Shown here piece after piece: positions 9,920 through 17,074 of a DNA stretch of 19,469 bases. Position 1 is the first letter of the stretch; every line of letters begins with the position of its first letter. Under the pieces are notes generated by a model that was not told the DNA's origin, ran no database searches, and saw nothing but the letters and a program-made list of their open reading frames with translations. The translations under genes were made by a program, and so were the position numbers. Source of the DNA: Azolla caroliniana (taxonomy: Eukaryota > Plantae > Polypodiophyta); NCBI GenBank assembly GCA_043228905.1, contig JBHGNT010000603.1:1-19469 (forward strand). Direction: 5' to 3'.

Positions 9920-9976
9920 GATGTGTTGATAACATCAAAACAAATCCACACTTGATAGTGTTTCTAAAGAGTGTTA

Positions 9977-10007
<31 letters not shown>

Positions 10008-11043
10008 TATTAACGTCTTTTAAGGCCAAAATTGGCCCATGAGACAAATGGTTTACAAAAAAATGGGATATTTACCCATTCATCGAAAGTAAAAATAAGA
10101 TAAAAATAGAGTTTAAGCTTAATAGTTCTAAGTAAATAACAAACTTGTCCTATATAAAAACATGTTCTACAATCAAAATGATGTTAAACTAGGCCTAATT
10201 TCATTTCCATCCAAGTCTCTCGAAGAGAAGCAGGAGGTCAAAGGGTTGTGATGTGGATGTGGCCCGTGGTCCCAATGTAAAAGATACCCCAACCATAGCT
10301 TCTTGTCGACGTAGCTCACATTCCCTTATCTTCTTAATCTTTTCTACTCCACGTCGACTTGTTTTGAAGCCCAACATCTGAGGGCGTTTGGTTGTTCTTT
10401 GCATTTCTGCTTCCTCAAGGGAGAGGCCGAGCAGCGTAGGTGTATCCACATTCATCGTCTCCCTTTGTTCCTAAAAAATTACACTAGTTACATGTTGATG
10501 AATAGTAAAAGGGTTATGGTTAACACTTTGTAATTTATTCTCCCTATATTGTTTTAGTTCTAAGATATACCTACCTAGTCTCTTTAAATTCGGGGTATCT
10601 AATAGTTTGGAGAGGGTGGGAGAGGGTCCTAATATGTCTTGGTATTCCGCCCGTATCTCGTCATAAGTTGGGCACTTGCATTTAAAGTGATATTCATCCT
10701 CTATCTCTATGTGGCATAACCTACATAGCCTTTCCTCTCTAGGGACTCTATTAGCCCGACCATTCTCAATCTCAAGTTGGTGCTCAAGATGATATCCTAA
10801 GTTGTCCAATAGCCACCTTTAGTGCATTTGATAAGAATGTATGTGGATATCTTGGTCGTGTAATAAAACCTAACTTAGAGAAGTGCAAGAAGTGTTCCTT
10901 ATAGTACAACATTTTAGATGGGAGTGGCTCTCGTGGGGTGATCCATTTATATGGAGTGTAATTTGCCATATTTCAAGTGTTCCTTATAGTGCAACATTTT
11001 AGATGGGAGTGGCTCTCATGGGGTGATCCATTTATATCAAGTC
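9977..11043 (-). mobile_element. 5'-truncated non-LTR retrotransposon (RTE-X-like by its ORF2 C-terminus) inserted in an array spacer
   Basis: (CTTT)7 3' tail at 9977-10004; ORF2 C-terminal motif LRISS|HQLEIENGR..REERLCRLC..EDEYHF..CPTY; spacer sequence resumes at TAAAAAGAGAGTGATA (11044). Confidence 0.85.
10201..10969 (-). pseudogene. LINE ORF2 C-terminal region with CCHC zinc finger (frameshift near 10790, stop at 10471-10473)
   Basis: ORFs 10784-10969, 10471-10809 and 10201-10455 join; the last two share a frame across a single TAG. Confidence 0.75.
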
Positions 11044-11509
11044 TAAAAAGAGAGTGATATTTGAAGTGGTGTCAGTTTTGGTCGTTGGACAACAATGTTA
11101 AGCATATCAATACGCAATGCAAGCACTACGTCGAATAAAGAACATGCTTACAAATTATATTTTATGGCCCTCTTTTGTACAAGAATAACGTAGTAGTTAT
11201 TTCATGAAAATTTTGGTAATGCTAGATTATTTAAATTCACTAATGACCACTGTAGGATTTGAACCCACGCCCTAGAGACAAGTCCACACTTGATAAAGTT
11301 GTTAAAGAGTGTTAAAAAAGAGAGTGATATTTTAAGTGGTGTCCATTTAGGTCGTTGGAAAACAATGTTAAGCCTATCAATGTGCAATGCAGGCACTAGG
11401 TCAAATAAAGGACATGCTTACAATTTGTTATGGCCCTCTTTTGTACAAGAATAACATAGTAGTTATTTCATGAAAAATTTGGTAATACTAGATTATTTAA
11501 TTTTAATAA

Positions 11510-11589
11510 TGACAACAATGGGATTTGAACCCACGCCCTTTCGGATTGGAGCCTAAATCCAACGCCTTAGACCACTCGGCCAAATTGTC
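11510..11589 (-). tRNA. tRNA-Leu(UAG), near intact (one acceptor mismatch, one G-U in T stem)
   Basis: Two substitutions versus 9840-9919 (3' end CCCATTGTTGTCA). Confidence 0.75.
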
Positions 11590-11728
11590 GGTGTGTTGAT
11601 GACATCAAAACAAATCCACACTTGATAGAGTTGCTAAAGAGTGTTAAAAAAGAGAGTGATATTTGAAGTGGTGTCAATTTAGGTCGTTGGGCAACAATGT
11701 TAAGCCTTAGATTATTTAATTTTAATAA

Positions 11729-11808
11729 TGACAACAATGGGATTTGAACCCACGCCCTTTCGGATTGGAGGCTAAATCCAACGCCTTAGACCACTCGGCC
11801 AAATTGTC
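11729..11808 (-). tRNA. tRNA-Leu(UAG), near intact, G37 changed to C
   Basis: Same as the 11510 copy except anticodon loop TTTAGCC; possibly a pseudogene. Confidence 0.6.
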
Positions 11809-11968
11809 GGTGTGTTGATGACATCAAAACAAATCCACACTTGATAGAGTTGCTAAAGAGTGTTAAAAAAGAGAGTGATATTTGAAGTGGTGTCAATTTA
11901 GGTCGTTGGGCAACAATGTTAAGCATATCAATGTGCAATGCATGCACTAGATTATTTAATTTTAGTAA

Positions 11969-12048
11969 TAACAACTGTGGGATTTGAACCCACCCCTTTT
12001 CGGGTTGGAGCCTGAATACAACGCCTTAGACCACTCAGGCAAATTGTC
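11969..12048 (-). pseudogene. tRNA-Leu copy with CAG anticodon and damaged stems
   Basis: Anticodon arm TTGTA-TTCAGGC-TCCAA; extra changes in the D arm, variable arm and acceptor. Confidence 0.7.
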
Positions 12049-12293
12049 GGTGTGTTGATGACATAAAACAAATCCACATTTGATAGAGTTGCTAAAGAGT
12101 GTTAAAAAAGAGAGTGATATTTGAAGTAGTGTCAATTGAGGTCGTTGGGCAACAATGTTAAGCATATCAATGTCAAGCACTAGGTCGAATAAAGGACATG
12201 CTTACAATTTTTTATGGCCCTCTTTTGTACAAGAATAACGTATTAGTTATATCATGAAAAGTTTGGTAATGCTAGATTATTTAATTTTTGTAA

Positions 12294-12373
12294 TGACAAC
12301 TATGGGATTTGAACCCACGCCCTTTCGGATTGGAGCCTAAATCCAACGCCTTAGACCACTCAGCCAAATTGTC
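12294..12373 (-). tRNA. tRNA-Leu(UAG), near intact (two G-U-compatible changes)
   Basis: GACAATTTGGCTGAGTGGTCTAAGGCGTTGGATTTAGGCTCCAATCCGAAAGGGCGTGGGTTCAAATCCCATAGTTGTCA. Confidence 0.8.
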
Positions 12374-13138
12374 AGTGTGTTAATGACATCAAAACAAATT
12401 CACACTTGATAGAGTTGCTAAAGACTGTTAAAAAAGAGAGTGATATTTGAAGCGGTGTCAATTTAGGTCGTTGGGCAACAATGTTAAGCACATCAATATG
12501 CAATGCAGGCACTAGGTCGAATAAAGAACATGCTTACAATTTGTTATGGCCCTCTTTTGTACAAGAATAACGTAGTAGTTATTTCATGAAACATTTGGTA
12601 ATGCTAGATTATTTAATTTTAGTAATGACTACTGTGGGATTTGAACCCACGCCCTAGAAACAAGTCCACACTTGAAAAAGTGTCTAAAGATTGTTAAAAA
12701 AGAGAATGATATTTTAAGTGGTGTCCATTTAGGTCGTTGCGCAAGAATGTTAAGCATATCAATGTGCAATGCAGGCAATAGGTCGAATAAAGGACATGCT
12801 TACAAATTTTTATGGCCCTCTTTTGTACAAGAATAATGTAGTAGTGATTTCATTAAAAGTTTGGTAATGCTAGATTGTTTAAATTCGCTAATGACAACTA
12901 TGGGATTTGAACCCATGACATCAAAACAAGTCCACACTTGATAAAGTTGATAAATAGTGTTAAAAAAGAGAGTGATATTTTAAGTGGTGTCAATGTGGGA
13001 TTTGAACCCATGATATCAAAACAAGTCCACACTTGAAGGAGTTGCGAAAGAGTGTTAAAAAAGAGAGTGATATTTTAAGTCTTGTAAATTTAGGTCGTTG
13101 GGTAACAATGCTAAGCACATCAATGTGCAATGTAGGCA

Positions 13139-13318
13139 AATCTGGAGGAACTTGTTTCCACACATCATCATCATTATTATTACTATAATAATAATAGTCA
13201 AATCTTCAAACAATCGACTCACTGTTTTCGACTCTTCGTGTGTCGGCTTTCCGAATAGTCGGATCTTCCCTGTCATAGAGTCGGTTCTTCCTCCCACTGG
13301 AGGGACATATTCCCAACA
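13139..13318. repeat. Probable LTR terminal fragment of another element
   Basis: Unrelated to either neighbour and ends sharply in ...ATATTCCCAACA (TGTTGGGAAT on the minus strand), a typical LTR terminus; no partner in the window. Confidence 0.4.
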
Positions 13319-14455
13319 GTTACTTCGTAACCTTCATCGATGACTTCACTCGATACACTTGGGCATGCTTGATTGCGAAAAAGAGCGAGGCACCGTGAAG
13401 GGAGGATGTTCATCCTCAACACCAATGAAGTCAGAACCGCGTCGTTCACAAAAGGACAGAAGATCAAGTCGGACATCGACCTATGGCACAAGCCGTTCGG
13501 CCATGTTAACTTCCTACGGCTTCGTGAAATGCAGACGAAGAACATTGTTTTTGGATTGCCGAAATTTAGTGGCCAGAATGGCCAAGTCTGCGAAGCCTGC
13601 AAGCTCGGGAAGCATCACTGGCTTCCATTTCCCAACGAGCGTAATCGAAGTCGAAATCCGCTCGATGTGATCCATTCGGATATATGGGGACCAGCACAGA
13701 ACGTGAGCATCGGAGGAAGCCGTTACTTCGTAACCTTCATCGATGACTTCACTCGGCACACTTGGGCATGCTTGATCGCGAAAAAGAGCGAAGTCTTCGC
13801 ATGTTTCCTGAAGGTGAAGAGCCTTTTGGCAAGGGAAACCAGGTGAAAGATTGAGTGCCTAAGGTCCGATGGCGGGAAGGAGTACTTCTTTGACTAGTTC
13901 TCGAGTTATCTACAAAAGGAGGGAATTCGACGCAAATTCTCGTGTAGATACACGCCGCAGCAAAATGACGTGTCCGAGAAGAAGAATCGGACGATAGAGG
14001 AGGCGGCAAGGGCGATGCTTGAAGAGAAGCATCTGCCGAAGTTCTATTGGGCTAAGGCAGTCAGAACAACCATCTACCTTCAGAATCGGGCATTTGCCAA
14101 TGTAGGAGTGTCGCCACATGAGTTGTACTTCAAGGAGAAGACGAAATTGGCACATTTGAGGGTCTTCGGTAGCATCACGTATGTGCCTGTGCTGAAGGAA
14201 AAACGGAGGAAGTTGAACGCCAAAGCCGAGTAGTGTATCTTGGTTGGCTACTCGGACGAACAGAAGGGTTATAAGTGTTATAACCCCCGAACCAAACAAT
14301 CTCGCCTAAGTCGTCATGTTGTGTTAGACGAGTCCGCGTCGTGGTACTTTCCTTCGCCTCCAACCCCTGACGACTCCATTCCGATCTCTGATGAAGAGGT
14401 CAGCGAGGCTGAAATGCCTCGGGACGAAGGAGACATCAGAGCTCTTGAAGAGAGT
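13319..14455 (+). pseudogene. Ty1/Copia integrase fragment (HHCC zinc finger, DDE core, C-terminal region) with in-frame stops
   Basis: LWHKPFGHVN..CEACKLGK; IHSDIWGP; FIDDFTR; LRSDGGKEY; TPQQNDVSEKKNRT; LRVFGS; VGYSDEQKGYKCYNP; 13319-13388 duplicates 13722-13791. Confidence 0.93.
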
Positions 14456-15354
14456 GTTTCTCCTGATCGAGAGTCGACAACATTGATTTTGTTGCTGACT
14501 GGAGAATGGTTTGAGTCGGATTGTCTTGAGCTCCGCTCGAATCGCCGACCATTCTTCTTCCACTTGATCAACCAGTAGTCGAAAACATTATGACCAATTT
14601 TTCTGCAATGAGTGCAGAAATCACTTGATCGACCATTCCTCGACTTCGATCGTGGTCGGTGCCCCCTATTTCTTGGTCGACTAGTGTTTTGACCAGTTCT
14701 TTCTACTTGTTCTCTCGATCGATTGGATCGTTCAATTGACTCACTCAAATGGTGGGTTTCTGCCAGCTCATCGATGGTGAGTCCCATCGATTTTCGCCGA
14801 ATATCCTCCGTGAGGACTTGTCTAATTGTCTCATCTAGATTTAGATTCGGGCAGTTGTTGGCAAAGGTCATATAGAATACCTCCCAACTACCCAGCCAGC
14901 TCGAAAGGAGGGCAAGGGCTTTAACTTCTTCTTCGAAGTTAATCCCTTGGGAGGAGAGTTCAAATAACACCTGATCGAAGGTGTTGATGTGGGAGGTTGT
15001 TGGATCCGTCTCTCTCATCGTTATGTTGAATAACTCTCAAATCAATATCAACTTTGATGAGGAAGATTTCTTCTCGTACAACGCCATTAGTTTTTCCCAC
15101 AAAGAGAATGAAGTTGTCTCCTTTGCCATGCTAAAGTAGACGTTTTCGACCAGGTGCATTTGAATGGTCAACTTGGCTATTTCATCCAGTGAGTGTCATT
15201 TGTCTGTTGTCAACGAGGCTAGCTTGGTCTTGTGCCGTATTGCCTTGGTTTGATGTCGGATGATCAGTACATCCCATATCATCTCCTTCCATAGGGCAAA
15301 GTTCTTGCCGTTGAACTTTCAGATTTCTACTCCAGTACTAGATGTAGAGGCCAT
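14456..15354 (-). pseudogene. gag: Ty1/Copia gag (Tnt1/Tork-like), 3'-truncated, several stops
   Basis: From ATG at 15354: MASTSSTGVEI*KFNGKNFALWK...SLWEKLMALYEKKS, in frame with ORF 15018 (SHINTF..KALALLSSW..SWE); decayed knuckle CTHCRKIGHNVFDY. Confidence 0.88.
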
Positions 15355-15451
15355 GTTTTGTAGGAAGTAAGATTTTTCTGACCTAGTCCTTTCCTTCAGC
15401 TAATTCTTCTCTTCTCAGGTTTATGTTGTTGTTGCCGCTGGACTACAAGTC

Positions 15452-15464
15452 GCTCTGATACCCA
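15452..15464 (-). promoter_or_regulatory. Primer binding site for initiator tRNA-Met (one extra G)
   Basis: Minus strand TGGGTATCAGAGC versus canonical TGGTATCAGAGC, between LTR and gag. Confidence 0.85.
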
Positions 15465-15468
15465 TTTT

Positions 15469-15757
15469 TGTCAATATGATATATCAAATGAATGCAGAAG
15501 AGTGCATGAGGACCTACAAGGTAAAATGTGTACAACAAACAACACAGATATGCAACAAGAAGAAGAAGAAGAAAGATAGGCAATAGACAGATATTAAGCT
15601 TCAATGGAAGTTCTCTCTTATTCTCTTCTTTGTAACTCTTTTCTCTCCAAGACTATCTTTACAACGGTAGGCTTGAGCTTATATACTCAAGCCCTAGTTA
15701 GAGATTGTGTTCACACTAAGGATACAAAGTAGAAGGGGTCGTCCTTTTATGCCAACA
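15469..15757 (-). repeat. 5' LTR (289 bp) of the Tnt1/Tork-like Copia element
   Basis: Minus strand TGTTGG...TTGACA, 4 nt from the PBS, internal TATATAA; unrelated integrase sequence starts at 15758. Confidence 0.8.
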
Positions 15758-16127
15758 CTAGCAACAAGATGATTGGATTGGCTATTTGCATTTTGTGGAG
15801 TTTTCTTACAATAATTCAATTCATTCTTCTACCAAATTTATTCCTTTCTTTGCCAACTTGTGCGTGCTCCCCTGTTGGACAATGTTTGACCATCCAGAAA
15901 TCTTGAGAAATCCTGTTGTAGAGGATTGTCTATGACCTTTTGAGCTTGATGAAGCTCCAAAATATGAGGCGAAAACTGTTTGGGACTCCAAAGTTGTGCA
16001 CAAAAAATTGTATCATTTTGTTGATTGGTTGGGTTATACACTTACTGATCTAACATGGGAGCTGGGTGAAAATCTCAATAATGCCAAAGAACTTGTAACT
16101 AAATTTCATCATCAATATCCGAATTAG
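15758..16127 (+). pseudogene. Chromovirus integrase C-terminus plus chromodomain (absent from the ORF track)
   Basis: Hand translation from 15762: QQDDWIGYLHFVEFSYNNSIHSSTKFIPFFAN...*PFELDEAPKYEAKTVWDSKVVHKKLYHFVDWLGYTLTDLTWELGENLNNAKELVTKFHHQYPN*. Confidence 0.9.
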
Positions 16128-16173
16128 CTAGGTCCTAGTTCATGCATTGTAGCGCGTGGAACTTGTCGTCAAT

Positions 16174-16529
16174 GGAAGGGGATAATGTTATGAACATATA
16201 CTAAAACTCCAAACTTATAATAGAGATTTGAGCCTATGACATCTTTTAAAAAGACGTGTAACCTCAACCAATAGGATAGATTATTTCATACATATTATTT
16301 TTTATAACTTTCATTAGATCATTAGCACACATATGCGATATTATGAAATGTCACCACCCCACATGGGCTAATACATGATCACCAAGTGTCATGTTTGCAT
16401 GAATGCCAAGTGGTGATCATGCGTACATATGAGTTGGCGAGCATGCATGTGTCCAAACCATGCTATATACGCATGTCTCCGAGTATTGAATGCCAATCTT
16501 TGGCACATTCTTATAACCCTTGTTCTCAT
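16174..16529 (+). repeat. PPT (16174-16185) and start of the chromovirus 3' LTR (from 16186), cut by the Copia insertion
   Basis: GGAAGGGGATAA followed by TGTTATGAAC, shortly after the chromodomain. Confidence 0.7.
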
Positions 16530-16923
16530 TGTTGTAAAAGAATACGTGTGCAGAAGTGTATGCGTAAGAACACAGAGTACACGGTTCGATAGTACGACAG
16601 TTCAGTAGAACACAAAACTCACGGAGAAAGAGAGGGAGAACACAGAGTACACGATTCGATAGTACGACAGTTCCGTGCTCAGTGAGCACCTTTTATACAA
16701 GCCCTGACTATCGGGCTGACACAAGTATTGCTAGTACTTGACCGCTCATAAATGAGTCTTCTACACTAAATCCCAAAACTATTCCTTATGAGGAATAACA
16801 TTCTAATGGCCTCTTGATTTAAACGTCGCCATGACCATAATTTGCGTACGGTTTTATGCACCCAATCTACGTACAGGGTTACGTACCCGTTTACACACCC
16901 AATGTTGAGCTTGTCTCTCAACA
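16530..16923 (-). repeat. 3' LTR (394 bp) of the Copia element
   Basis: TGTTGAG...TACAACA ends; TATAAAAG at 16697-16690; 37-bp direct repeat 16567-16603/16637-16673. Confidence 0.85.
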
Positions 16924-17074
16924 CTCCCCCTCAAACTCGGCTTGAGATTCCATCTGCTTTTCCGGATCTTCGCTCCAGCCTCCCCTGGCTTCACGCCTCG
17001 CTCGCGCTCCTCGACCCGTTCGATTCCGCGCTCTTTGACCCTTCCGGTCAGCTTGTTTGCTCATGCATCCCTTC

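Larger units (their letters stand above)
7688..13138 (-). repeat. Tandem array of about 330-bp monomers, each built on a tRNA-Leu(UAG) gene plus flanks (about 14 monomers)
   Basis: tRNA 3' ends at 7707, 8039, 8400, 8877, 9198, 9576, 9840, 11244, 11510, 11729, 11969, 12294, 12626, 12892; conserved spacer blocks (TTTGTACAAGAATAACGTAGTAGTTATTTCATGAAAAG; AATTTAGGTCGTTGGGCAACAATG); full-monomer spacings 321-332 bp. Confidence 0.95.

Noticed and set aside
7997-12180. Small ORFs in the array (7997, 9668, 11202, 11786, 11962) as a peptide family
   Set aside because: They are chance translations of the repeated spacer with inconsistent starts, stops and strands.
7688-13138. CRISPR array
   Set aside because: The whole 220-380-bp unit repeats, there are no unique spacers or cas genes, and the context is eukaryotic.
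14314-15018. Single 234-aa gene
   Set aside because: Chimera of Copia gag and the antisense strand of another Copia integrase across the 14455 junction.
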